From Candidatus Omnitrophica bacterium UBA6215 (GTDB lineage: Bacteria; Omnitrophota; Gorgyraeia; Pluralincolimonadales; Pluralincolimonadaceae): a stretch of DNA of 64,000 nt. The notes beneath the pieces are model-generated. The model did no database searches. It worked only from the letters and a program-made list of their open reading frames with translations, and was not told the DNA's origin. The stretch is taken from contig DISH01000006.1 of NCBI GenBank assembly GCA_002421665.1, forward strand, positions 153,784 through 217,783, in the 5' to 3' direction. The position numbers were made by a program, and so were the translations under genes. Positions 47,766 to 57,556 of this stretch are shown here, one piece after another (within the stretch, counting starts at the first letter, position 1; each line of letters begins with the position of its first letter).

Positions 47766-48995
47766 TTAAAAATACTCGCTGAATATCTCTTGCACCCTGT
47801 CGATAACATTGCCCAGGGGCGTATTGGCAAAGAACTTTTTACGGGCTTTCTTCTTTGTTCCCTCTTTCGCCCAGTACTTTGCCAAGCCGAGGGAGATTAT
47901 CTGTCCGGGTTCGGCCATATTAAGGCCTTCGCCAGCAATACCTTTTACCAACCCCATCTTTACCGGCATGCTCAGAGACAATTCGAACATCTCCAGGAAA
48001 CCGCCCATATCGGAAAGCACGCCGGCTATAACGCAACCGGTAGCCGCTTCCTTGGAATGACGCATCTTTTTAAGCATACCGCTGATGTTATTTATAAGTT
48101 CTTCTGCCTTGGGCCTTAAAACCTCATGGAGCGATTTTCTGGATATCGCCCTGCTCGTTCCGCCTATCCTCAGGGTTATCTCGTCGTTACCTCCGGAAAA
48201 CGGGTCGTCAAGGTTAACCTCCCGCCTTATCAGCTGTTGCGCATAGTCATTTGGGATATTGAAGGCATCCGCTACGGAGCGTATGATGTCCCCGCCTCCG
48301 AAAGGCATTATCTCTATGGACCTTATCTCCCCGCCTCCGTAAACAACGATATGGACGGCAGAATAAGATATATATATCAATATCACCCCGAGGTCCTTAT
48401 CAATATCCTCAAGCAGCACGCTGCCGGAAGCTACGCCGGAGAGCACTATATCCTGTATCTCGAAACCTGCGGTGTTAATCGCGCGCCTGAGGTTGTGCAG
48501 ATTTGTTATAAGGGCCGTAACGAATTCCATATCGACCTCAAGGCGCGTGCCAAACATTCCGGCGGGGTCTTTTATTCCGTTCTGGCCGTCCAGGATAAAA
48601 CCCCTGGTTATTGAGTGGACTATCTCCCTGTCGAACGGGAGCACTATGGTCTTTGCGGACTCGGTGACCCGCTCTATCTCGCGACGGCCTATTTCGTTCT
48701 CCTTCTCCGCGACTGTTATGCTGCCCTTTATCTCGTAAGAACGCAAACTGGCCCCGTCGCAGCTTGTGATAAGCGAAATTATCTTGGTCTTTGCGGAAGC
48801 TTCGGCTTTCTCTACCGCTTCGGCCACCGAGAGCGCTACCTCGCTCAGGTCGGTGATAACACCGTTATCTATGCCCCGCGAACGGGATACTCCTGAGCCG
48901 AGAAGGCTCACTCCTTCTTTTTCATCCCCAACACATATTGAACATGTTATAAGGTCTTCGCTGATATCCAGTCCCGCGATCGTCTTCTTCTTCAT
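47766..48995 (-). CDS. ftsA: Cell division protein FtsA
   Basis: 409 aa. Actin fold (GLDISEDLI, VLSGVASG, PFGGGD). C-terminal amphipathic helix KKKARKKFF...IDRVQEIFSEYF. Confidence 0.85.
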   Translation of the reverse strand: MKKKTIAGLDISEDLITCSICVGDEKEGVSLLGSGVSRSRGIDNGVITDLSEVALSVAEAVEKAEASAKTKIISLITSCDGASLRSYEIKGSITVAEKENEIGRREIERVTESAKTIVLPFDREIVHSITRGFILDGQNGIKDPAGMFGTRLEVDMEFVTALITNLHNLRRAINTAGFEIQDIVLSGVASGSVLLEDIDKDLGVILIYISYSAVHIVVYGGGEIRSIEIMPFGGGDIIRSVADAFNIPNDYAQQLIRREVNLDDPFSGGNDEITLRIGGTSRAISRKSLHEVLRPKAEELINNISGMLKKMRHSKEAATGCVIAGVLSDMGGFLEMFELSLSMPVKMGLVKGIAGEGLNMAEPGQIISLGLAKYWAKEGTKKKARKKFFANTPLGNVIDRVQEIFSEYF

Positions 48996-49789
48996 TTTTT
49001 CTCCGGCTTGAAGGTCATGACCGGATCGGTAAATCTCAGGTCTATGGAATCCACCTTGGCTTTGTCCAATGCAGGGTCTCCAAGTATGCTTGCAAGCACG
49101 TCAAGCTTGCCTTGTATATCCCCGCTTCCCAGGATTACGGTTATCCCGTCGACAGAAACCGAGGCCTTCTCCGGGTAGGTCATGTTCAAGACCCCTATCT
49201 GCGAATCCCTGAACTCGCCCGTGGAATACATCTGTTTAAGTATACCCATGGCGGTATTGAGCCTTTTGGACTTGACCTTGGTCCCCGGCTTGGGGTCGGC
49301 CAGCTGCGATTCAAGCCCTGTAATAAGGGGCAGTGAGTCAAGGTTAGCCGTCTCCGATACCACTACCCCGTCGAAATCAACCGGCAACACCCTTGCAACT
49401 TTTATCCTTGCTACAGCTTCCCTGTCCTTTATGGTCGCAATGATCCTGTCTGGAAGGAATTTCGTTATGACCACTATCTGGTATTCGGGATGCTTTTGCT
49501 TTATCTTCGCGGCAAGTACAGCCGGGTCGATAGTAAAAATATTTACCGGGAACTCGAGACGGAAGTATTCCTTCTGAAGACGATAAGCGCCTTCCCTTCC
49601 CGGCTTTACCACCTCTATCTTGTCTACCGAGAAATAATCGGATGAACGGAAGAAATCATTGAACCAGAGGAAGACCCCCGTTAAGGTAAGCGCTATGACG
49701 AGAAAAGCGGCGATTGCCGTTTTATTCTCCTTCATAAATTCGCCGAACCGTTTTACGGCTTCGTTTGAATTTTTCCTTTTTCTCGCCAT
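48992..49789 (-). CDS. ftsQ: Cell division protein FtsQ/DivIB
   Basis: Single TM plus POTRA domain. Position between ddl and ftsA. Confidence 0.7.
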   Translation of the reverse strand: MARKRKNSNEAVKRFGEFMKENKTAIAAFLVIALTLTGVFLWFNDFFRSSDYFSVDKIEVVKPGREGAYRLQKEYFRLEFPVNIFTIDPAVLAAKIKQKHPEYQIVVITKFLPDRIIATIKDREAVARIKVARVLPVDFDGVVVSETANLDSLPLITGLESQLADPKPGTKVKSKRLNTAMGILKQMYSTGEFRDSQIGVLNMTYPEKASVSVDGITVILGSGDIQGKLDVLASILGDPALDKAKVDSIDLRFTDPVMTFKPEKK

Positions 49790-49791
49790 AT

Positions 49792-50694
49792 TCAGATAAA
49801 TGCCGAATCCAGCATCCTTTCGCAGAGTTCGGGAAAATCTATCCCGGCAACCTTCGCTGCCTTTGGCAGGAGGCTCAGTTCTGTCATACCGGGTATAGTA
49901 TTGATCTCGAGGACAAAGACTTTACCCGCGTCATCGATTATCATATCGACCCTCGAATAATTCGCACAGCCCAATGCTTTATGCGCCTTAAACGCGGCAT
50001 CCTGCGCCAGTTTCGCTTCTTTCTCGGATATCGGCGCCGGGCAAAGATATTCGGTCATCCCGACCGTATACTTAGCTACCTCGTCATAATAACGCCTCTT
50101 GGGGACCACTTGGACTACCGGAAGAGGCCTGTCATCAAGCATGCCCACCGTAAGTTCCCTGCCCTGTATGAACTTTTCCAGGAGAACCCGTTCCCCGAAC
50201 ATAAAAGCACCGGCAACGGCATTCTCCAGTTCTCCAAGGTTATCTATTATAGACACTCCTACCGAAGATCCCTGGGCCGACGGCTTTACGACCAAGGGGG
50301 TCCAAAGCTTCTTCCTGGTACGGGCACCGTTCCTGATCACATGGCAATCAGGTACATTGAGCCGGGCTTTTTTAAAGAGCATCCTTGAAGCCACCTTATC
50401 CATGCCAAGCCTGCTGGCCTTCACCTTGGAACCCGTATACGGTATCTTAAGATCCTCCAAGATCGCTTGTATCTGACCGTCCTCACCGAAGGTCCCATGC
50501 AACGCGACAAAAGCCACGTCTATACCGGCGGATTTGAGCTCCTGCCTCGTAGGAAGCCATGTCTCAAGCGCAATGACTTTATATCCCCTGGCTGAAAGCG
50601 CGTCCTTTATGGCCCTGCCTGAACGCAGAGAAACTTCCCTTTCGGCGGAAGGACCTCCCATCAATACGCCTATCCGCATGGATTTTTTATCCAC
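49792..50694 (-). CDS. ddl: D-alanine--D-alanine ligase
   Basis: RIGVLMGGPSAEREVSLRSG...ATP-grasp. Confidence 0.85.
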   Translation of the reverse strand: MDKKSMRIGVLMGGPSAEREVSLRSGRAIKDALSARGYKVIALETWLPTRQELKSAGIDVAFVALHGTFGEDGQIQAILEDLKIPYTGSKVKASRLGMDKVASRMLFKKARLNVPDCHVIRNGARTRKKLWTPLVVKPSAQGSSVGVSIIDNLGELENAVAGAFMFGERVLLEKFIQGRELTVGMLDDRPLPVVQVVPKRRYYDEVAKYTVGMTEYLCPAPISEKEAKLAQDAAFKAHKALGCANYSRVDMIIDDAGKVFVLEINTIPGMTELSLLPKAAKVAGIDFPELCERMLDSAFI

Positions 50695-51593
50695 TAAAAA
50701 TCTCCTGTAAGTTTGGCTTCTAATTTTAACACAATTTGATGTTCTTTAAAAACCTTTTTTTGTATTTCATCGATAAGTGCCCGGACGTCGACAGCCGTAG
50801 CGCCGCCTCGATTTATGATAAAATTGGCGTGTTTTTCGGATACTGCCGCACCTCCCACGGACTTCCCCCTGAACCCGCAGCTTTCTATGACCCGCCAGGC
50901 AGGGACCTTACCGGAAGGGTTAAGGAAGATACTGCCGATGCCCGGATGGCCCAGGTCCTGCGTCTTCCTCTTCTTCTCCAGGTTGCTTTTGATCTCGGCT
51001 TCTACCCTGTCGACAGGTTTCTTCTCCAACTTCAATTTCGCTGACAAAAGGACGCTGCCCTCAAGATTCGAACTGCGATATGAGAAAGTAAGCCCGCTTC
51101 TGCCAAGTACCATCTTCTCCAGACCCCTTATTAAAGTGACTTCTTCGACACAATCGCCTATCGCCCTGTTAGGCCAGCCAGCGTTCATTACGAGGGCCCC
51201 TCCCAGCGTCCCGGGTATCCCGGAGAGGAATTCAAGCCCTCCAAGGCCTTCGGAGGAGGTTTTCTTCAATAACTCGTTAACCTTAAGGCCGCAACCCGCA
51301 ACAACCGTATCGCCCTCTATATTCAGCTTCCCGAATGACGGCGCGCTAAAAGATATTACGAACCCCCTTATGCCCTTATCCCCAACCAGGAGTTTACTGC
51401 CTCCTCCTATCACGAAAACGCCCATCTTGTGGCCATAGGCATACTCAAGAACCCTCAGAAGGTCTTCTTCATCGGAAGGATATACGAATATCTCCGCCGG
51501 GCCGCCTATTTTGAATGTCGTGTGGCCCGATATGGGTTCTTCGAATTTTATCGTACCCTTTATGAACTTCAGGTCTTCTTCCCGGACCGGCAT
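50694..51593 (-). CDS. murB: UDP-N-acetylenolpyruvoylglucosamine reductase
   Basis: FAD-binding GGGSKLL, and a C-terminal MurB domain. Confidence 0.85.
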   Translation of the reverse strand: MPVREEDLKFIKGTIKFEEPISGHTTFKIGGPAEIFVYPSDEEDLLRVLEYAYGHKMGVFVIGGGSKLLVGDKGIRGFVISFSAPSFGKLNIEGDTVVAGCGLKVNELLKKTSSEGLGGLEFLSGIPGTLGGALVMNAGWPNRAIGDCVEEVTLIRGLEKMVLGRSGLTFSYRSSNLEGSVLLSAKLKLEKKPVDRVEAEIKSNLEKKRKTQDLGHPGIGSIFLNPSGKVPAWRVIESCGFRGKSVGGAAVSEKHANFIINRGGATAVDVRALIDEIQKKVFKEHQIVLKLEAKLTGDF

Positions 51594-52987
51594 CTTCTCC
51601 TCTTCTTCCCGGATGAAAGCTCACCCGCTATCGAATCCGCTATGCCCGTTATGTCCCCGGCGCCCATCATTAAAAGCATGTCACCTCGTTTGATCTGTCC
51701 AAGCAGGTGCCGCTTGAGGTCTTTTTTATCGACATACGAAACATCTCTATGTCCGCATTCTTTCGCCTGCGCGTATATATTCCTGCCAGAGACATTATCA
51801 AGCGCCTCTTCCGAAGCCGCGTATATATCCGTCAATACCAGCTTGTCCGCCGCGTCAAAACACCTTCCGAACTTATCCTTAAGGTATTTCGTGCGGGAGA
51901 ACCTGTGGGGCTGGAAAGCTACTATAAGGCGCTTGGGCGCCCAGTTCCTCGCCGCGAGTATCGTTGCTTTTATCTCCGACGGGTGGTGCGCGTAATCGTC
52001 TATGACCTTTATCCCGTTGCCGGAATATTTCACCTGGAACCTGCGTGCCGCCCCGGTGAAATCCTCTACCGCTTCCTTTATAGCTGAAAAATCCAGGCCG
52101 AGTTCCAGTGCGACGGCAAAAGCGGCCAGGGCATTGGAAACATTGTGTATCCCCGGGATATTGATCGCAGCCCTTCCAAGGCGTCCGCCGCGGTAAACCA
52201 CATCGAACTCGGAGCGGGAATCATGCATCTTTATATCTTCGGGATGGATATCGCAGCCCTTCGAAAGCCCGAAAGTAAGGACGTTTCCCGAGTAACCCCC
52301 TAAAGCCCTTTTCAGGTTATCACAATCACCGCAGGCAAACAGCATGCCTCCAGGCTTTATCTTCCCGATGAACTTAAGGTACCATGCGATTATCTCGCCC
52401 ATGTTCCTGTAATAGTCAAGGTGTTCGGCGTCAATATTCGTCACGACACTGTAGAAAGGCCTGAGGTGGACGAAAGAGCCGTCGCTCTCATCGGCCTCAA
52501 CAACAAAATATTCACCTCCCCCGACCCTGGCGTTGCCTTCAAGCGACTTTATCTCGCCTCCGAGTATAGCCGTCGGGTCCAGGCCCGTCCTGAACAATAT
52601 ATGCGCTATAAGCGAGGATGTTGTGGTCTTGCCGTGGGCGCCGGTAACCGTTATCCCCTTCTTGCCGTTCATCACCAATGCAAGCATGTCGGCGCGGTGA
52701 AGCGTCGTGATACCCTTGTTACGGGCAGCCTTTATCTCCGGGTTCTCGGGAGTTATGGATGACGAAAAGACGACTATATCGGCGCCTTTTATGTTCTTCT
52801 CATGATGCCCCTCGTGGAACTTGCCGCCCAGGGATTCAAGTTTCTCTACTATTCTTGAACGTTTCACATCCGAACCCGAGACCTTATTGCCCTGCTTTAG
52901 CAGGACGAACGCTATCGCGCTCATTCCTATGCCGCCTATGCCTATAAAATGTATATGCTTCTTATTTCCCGTTTTCATAGTATACAA
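51569..52987 (-). CDS. murC: UDP-N-acetylmuramate--L-alanine ligase
   Basis: IHFIGIGGIGMSAIA...GAHGKTTT. Confidence 0.9.
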   Translation of the reverse strand: MYTMKTGNKKHIHFIGIGGIGMSAIAFVLLKQGNKVSGSDVKRSRIVEKLESLGGKFHEGHHEKNIKGADIVVFSSSITPENPEIKAARNKGITTLHRADMLALVMNGKKGITVTGAHGKTTTSSLIAHILFRTGLDPTAILGGEIKSLEGNARVGGGEYFVVEADESDGSFVHLRPFYSVVTNIDAEHLDYYRNMGEIIAWYLKFIGKIKPGGMLFACGDCDNLKRALGGYSGNVLTFGLSKGCDIHPEDIKMHDSRSEFDVVYRGGRLGRAAINIPGIHNVSNALAAFAVALELGLDFSAIKEAVEDFTGAARRFQVKYSGNGIKVIDDYAHHPSEIKATILAARNWAPKRLIVAFQPHRFSRTKYLKDKFGRCFDAADKLVLTDIYAASEEALDNVSGRNIYAQAKECGHRDVSYVDKKDLKRHLLGQIKRGDMLLMMGAGDITGIADSIAGELSSGKKRRRCRSGKKT

Positions 52988-54045
52988 TCCGCCAGGCGCC
53001 CTGCCGCGTCGGCAACAGCGAATTTTCTCGCGGCCTCCGACATGGCTCTAAGTGCATACATATCCCCGATCAACGTAAATACCTTGTCCTTCAGCATCTG
53101 CGCAGTAAGTCCCTCCTCGCGCATTATTACCGTTCCCCCGGCCTTTTCCAAAGCTGCGGCGTTAAAATACTGGTGCCCCCCGGCAAACCTGTAAGGGATC
53201 ATTATGGACGGTATGCCCAAGACCGCTATCTCAAAGAGCGCGGTAGCCCCCGCCCTTGATATCACAAGGTCCGCCGGCGCGTAGGCGGTACCTATGTCTT
53301 CGACAAAATCATAGACACGGGCTTCTACGCCGGAGGTCCTGTACCTTGCAAAAACATCCTCGTAGTTCTTCATACCCGCTATATGTATAATCTGTATACC
53401 GGCCTTCTCCCTGTCATCCAACATCCCAAGCATATCGCCCACTATCATGTTTATCCGCTGTGACCCCTGGCTTCCTCCAAGTACAAGCATAGTGAACCTG
53501 TCCCCGGAAAAGCCGTAACTTTTTAGGGCCTCTTCTTTTGAAGCCGACAATAATCTCCTGCGTATCGGGTTTCCGGTAAAGACCGCTTTCCCGCCAAATG
53601 CTTTTTTGGTCTCCCAAAAACTAACGGCAACGCGTTTGGCGAGAATGGCCAGTATCCTGTTGGCCAGGCCCGCCTCGCAATTCTGTTCATGCAGATACAG
53701 CGGCCTGCCCGCAAGCGCGCCCAACAGGCATACGGGAAAGGACGCGTAACCGCCGAAACCTACTATTACATCAGGCTTATAATCTGCCAGCAGTTTTGCC
53801 GATCGTACTGATGCGCGAAAGAACCTGGATATGAATTTCACGAACTTAACCGGATCGGCTGATATCTTAGCAACCGGCAGGAGGACATACGGAAGTCCGA
53901 AAGAACCGAACAACTTGACTTCAAGCGGATGATCGGTACCTACAAGGAGCACGTCTCTTATTCCCCGCCTGTCCAGTTCCTGAGCCAGGCTGAGCCCGGG
54001 GAATATGTGCCCGCCTGTCCCGCCGCAGGCTATCAGCACCTTCAT
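52975..54045 (-). CDS. murG: Lipid II synthase MurG
   Basis: MKVLIACGGTGGHIFPGLSLA. Confidence 0.9.
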   Translation of the reverse strand: MKVLIACGGTGGHIFPGLSLAQELDRRGIRDVLLVGTDHPLEVKLFGSFGLPYVLLPVAKISADPVKFVKFISRFFRASVRSAKLLADYKPDVIVGFGGYASFPVCLLGALAGRPLYLHEQNCEAGLANRILAILAKRVAVSFWETKKAFGGKAVFTGNPIRRRLLSASKEEALKSYGFSGDRFTMLVLGGSQGSQRINMIVGDMLGMLDDREKAGIQIIHIAGMKNYEDVFARYRTSGVEARVYDFVEDIGTAYAPADLVISRAGATALFEIAVLGIPSIMIPYRFAGGHQYFNAAALEKAGGTVIMREEGLTAQMLKDKVFTLIGDMYALRAMSEAARKFAVADAAGRLADCIL

Positions 54046-54048
54046 GCT

Positions 54049-55152
54049 TTATTCCTTCTCATAAGGTGTCTCGCTGTATTTGGCAATGTTAAACAGAAAT
54101 GCCACGCCCATCATATCGAAGATCAGGGAAGAACCGCCATAGCTGATAAAAGGCAGGGGCAGGCCTTTTGTCGGCATGGAGCCCGTGGCCACGGCGATAT
54201 TTATTATCGCCTCCAAAGCTATCATTGATACGATACCCAGTGCTGCAAGATGCCCGAACAGGTCCCTTGCCCTCAAGGCGATCCTGAAGCCCAGCCATAT
54301 AAACAGAACGAAAAGTATTATGACGGCGCCCGCGCCGACAAGCCCGAGCTCTTCACCTATTATTGAAAATATGAAATCCGTATGGCACCCGGGCAGGTAG
54401 AGCAATTTCTGCCGGGATTGGCCCAGCCCTACGCCGAACAGGCCCCCGGAACCTAAAGCTATGAATGATTGGATTATCTGGAAACCTACGCCTTGAGGGT
54501 CGCTCCAAGGATCTATAAAAGCCAGGATCCTCCTCTTCCTGTATGCCTTAAGGAATACCAGGACCAATAGCACCGGCACCGAACCCACGATCATCGGTAT
54601 AAGATGGGCGAGTTTCATCCCTGCCACGAACAGCATTATTACAGCTACTATGCTTATGGCTACGGAAGTTCCGAGGTCCGGTTCAAGCAAAATTAGCCCT
54701 ACTGTAACGCCAAGTATTATCATGGGAGGCATAAAGCCTTCCCAAAAGCTGCGTATATCACTGTGTTTCCTGGAAAGAAAATCCGCAAGATACAGTATCA
54801 TAACCAGTTTCATGGCCTGCGACGGCTGGAAGCTTAGGGAGAATAACCTGAACCACCTATGGGCTCCCGATATCTCGCGGCTTATCCCCGGTACAAGGAC
54901 AAGCACAAGAAGGAAAAAAGTAACCATGAGCACGGGCTTTATATACTTCTTGATAACGTTATAATCTACGGCCATTATCATAATTGAGGCTATAACGCCG
55001 AGGAAAAGGTAGACGAGTTGGCGCTTAAGGAAATAGGCGCTGTCCCTGAGGGTCTCGTAGGCGTTTACGGCGCTCGCGCTATAGACCATCACCACTCCTA
55101 TGGCAAGCAGGATGACGGTCACCATGAATAACTGTATCCTCAATCTCCTCAC
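54049..55152 (-). CDS. ftsW: SEDS glycosyltransferase FtsW
   Basis: FtsW/RodA family. dcw position between murD and murG. Confidence 0.85.
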   Translation of the reverse strand: MRRLRIQLFMVTVILLAIGVVMVYSASAVNAYETLRDSAYFLKRQLVYLFLGVIASIMIMAVDYNVIKKYIKPVLMVTFFLLVLVLVPGISREISGAHRWFRLFSLSFQPSQAMKLVMILYLADFLSRKHSDIRSFWEGFMPPMIILGVTVGLILLEPDLGTSVAISIVAVIMLFVAGMKLAHLIPMIVGSVPVLLVLVFLKAYRKRRILAFIDPWSDPQGVGFQIIQSFIALGSGGLFGVGLGQSRQKLLYLPGCHTDFIFSIIGEELGLVGAGAVIILFVLFIWLGFRIALRARDLFGHLAALGIVSMIALEAIINIAVATGSMPTKGLPLPFISYGGSSLIFDMMGVAFLFNIAKYSETPYEKE

Positions 55153-56468
55153 TTGAGGCTCCCCCGTCTTTTCTTCAATGAACGCACCTCATCCTTGAAC
55201 GCTTTCCCCCTCTCCTCGAAATTCTTGAACATATCGAAACTGGCGCACATGGGAGATAACAGAACGCAATCGCCGCGGGAAGCTAAGGCAAATGCCTTTT
55301 CGACCGCATCTTTCATCGAACCGGCGGATATACAAGGCGTACTCTTACCAAGCTGTTTTTTTATCTTCCTTTTAGCCTCGCCGATCAACACGAGTTTTTT
55401 CACCTTCAAGGCAACCGCGCGCGAAGCCCTGGTAAAATCACTGCCCTTATCATGGCCGCCGGCTATCAATATAACGGGCCTTTGGCACGATTCCAGGGCC
55501 ATGACCGTTGCCAGGACCGTCGTCCCTTTGGAGTCATTTATGAATTCTACCCCTTCTATCTCCTTGACACGCTCGAACCTGTGCTCCAGGCCCTTGAATC
55601 CCATGACAGCCTGCCTTACCTTGCGCCTGCTTATCCCGAATATCGATGCGACGCTCTGGCATGCAAGAAGATTCTCCATATTGTGCGCCCCTTTTATCTT
55701 CATCTCTTCCTGACGGCAGACGGGAGCGGGAGAACCTTTACGCCTGGAGTAAAACAACACCTTCGCCCGGGTCGCGGATGCAAGCTTTCTTGTCAGGGGG
55801 TCATCGAAATTCAAGACTGTCCGGTCGGTCTTTCCCTGGTTCTCAAATATCCTCGCTTTTGCCCCGATATAAGCCTTAAGGTTAGGATGCCTGTCAAAAT
55901 GGTTTTGGGATATGTTGAGCACTACGGAAACCTGCGGACGGAATTTTTTTATGCCCTCCAGCTGAAAAGAGCTTACCTCAAGGACCACTACGGAGTCTTT
56001 TCTTACCTTGCCTATCTCCCCGCAAAAAGGATTTCCTATGTTTCCGCAGACGACGGCATGCCTGCCGCCCTTCTTAAGTATCCGTCCTATAAGCGTAGTC
56101 GTTGTCGACTTCCCATTGGTGCCGGTAACCGCGACTATCGGCGCCGGACAGCAAAGATACCCGAGCTCTATCTCGCCTATAACGGGTATTCCCATCTCAC
56201 GCGCCCATTTCAAGACAGGAGAATATTCGGGAATGCCGGGGCTTATGACCACCAGATCCCCGCCCTCTACGGATTCCCTGCTGTGGCCGCCGAGTTCTAC
56301 AGAGATCCCGCGCGCAATAAGTTTGCGCTTTGCCAGCCTAAGGGCTTTAGAATCCCCGGAGTCAGTTGCCCGGACAACCGCACCCATGTTATTTAGCAGT
56401 AGCGCGGCGGCTATTCCGCTCTTCGCAAGGCCTGCAACGGTAACCTTCGCCCCTTTAAAGTTCTTCAT
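55149..56468 (-). CDS. murD: UDP-N-acetylmuramoylalanine--D-glutamate ligase
   Basis: VAVTGTNGKSTTTTLI. Confidence 0.9.
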   Translation of the reverse strand: MKNFKGAKVTVAGLAKSGIAAALLLNNMGAVVRATDSGDSKALRLAKRKLIARGISVELGGHSRESVEGGDLVVISPGIPEYSPVLKWAREMGIPVIGEIELGYLCCPAPIVAVTGTNGKSTTTTLIGRILKKGGRHAVVCGNIGNPFCGEIGKVRKDSVVVLEVSSFQLEGIKKFRPQVSVVLNISQNHFDRHPNLKAYIGAKARIFENQGKTDRTVLNFDDPLTRKLASATRAKVLFYSRRKGSPAPVCRQEEMKIKGAHNMENLLACQSVASIFGISRRKVRQAVMGFKGLEHRFERVKEIEGVEFINDSKGTTVLATVMALESCQRPVILIAGGHDKGSDFTRASRAVALKVKKLVLIGEAKRKIKKQLGKSTPCISAGSMKDAVEKAFALASRGDCVLLSPMCASFDMFKNFEERGKAFKDEVRSLKKRRGSLK

Positions 56469-57556
56469 CTCAATTTAAGCGTTGACAGGCTGACTAAAGC
56501 CAGTATTATACCTATTATCCAGAACCTTATAACCACCTTTGACTCAGACCAGCCCTTCATCTGGAAATGATGGTGTATGGGCGCCATAAGAAATACCCTC
56601 TTCCCGAAGAACCTGAACGATGTTATCTGTATTATGACCGAGAGGGCTTCCATAACAAATATTCCGCCCACTATAAGCAGGAGCAGCTCCTTTTTGATAA
56701 AAGTGGCCACCACCCCTATAGCCCCTCCCAGAGCGAGTGAACCGGTATCACCCATGAAAACATTCGCAGGGAAACAGTTAAACCAAAGGAACCCCAGGCC
56801 GGCGCCCAGCATGGCGGCGCAAAACACGGAAAGTTCACCCGTCCCCGGTATATATATTATATTCAGGTATTCGCTTATCTTTGCGTTGCCCGTAATATAG
56901 CTCAACGCTGTATATGTAAGCACCACGATTATCGTGCACCCTATAGCGAGACCGTCAAGGCCGTCGGTCAGGTTGACGGCATTTGATGAACCTACTATAA
57001 CGGTCATCGTAAAGAGAACGTAGAACATCCCCAGGTTCATTACCAGGTTTTTCAGGAATGGTATGTCCAGCTGCTTGCCGATCTGCGGATCAAAATATAA
57101 GTAAAGTCCCAGCATAAGTCCGAGCATAATCTGGCCTATGAACTTAGAGCGCGCAGTAAGACCTTTTGATTTCTTAAGCTTCATCTTCAGATAATCGTCA
57201 AGGAAGCCTACGACACAAAGCCAGATTATCGATATCAGGGCGAGTAACACATATTTATTGGTCATGTCGCCCCATAACAGCGTTGAGATTACTATCGCCG
57301 TTACTATGAGCAGGCCGCCCATGGTCGGCGTGCCGGCCTTGTCCTTATGCATCTCATATATGCCCTTGGCGTCATCCTCCGTCCTGACTACCTGGCCTAC
57401 TTTGAGCGCGCGAAGCCTCTCTATTATGAACGGGCCGAGTATCATACACAGGAGAAATGAGGTGATCGCCGCACCGGCTGCGCGGAACGTTATGTACTTG
57501 AAGACATTGAAGCCGAAGAAAATGTCCCTTAACGGGTAGAGCAGTTGATAAAACAC
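56465..57556 (-). CDS. mraY: Phospho-N-acetylmuramoyl-pentapeptide transferase
   Basis: Polytopic protein with DGLDGLA and NAVNLTDGLDG motifs. Confidence 0.9.
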   Translation of the reverse strand: MFYQLLYPLRDIFFGFNVFKYITFRAAGAAITSFLLCMILGPFIIERLRALKVGQVVRTEDDAKGIYEMHKDKAGTPTMGGLLIVTAIVISTLLWGDMTNKYVLLALISIIWLCVVGFLDDYLKMKLKKSKGLTARSKFIGQIMLGLMLGLYLYFDPQIGKQLDIPFLKNLVMNLGMFYVLFTMTVIVGSSNAVNLTDGLDGLAIGCTIIVVLTYTALSYITGNAKISEYLNIIYIPGTGELSVFCAAMLGAGLGFLWFNCFPANVFMGDTGSLALGGAIGVVATFIKKELLLLIVGGIFVMEALSVIIQITSFRFFGKRVFLMAPIHHHFQMKGWSESKVVIRFWIIGIILALVSLSTLKLR

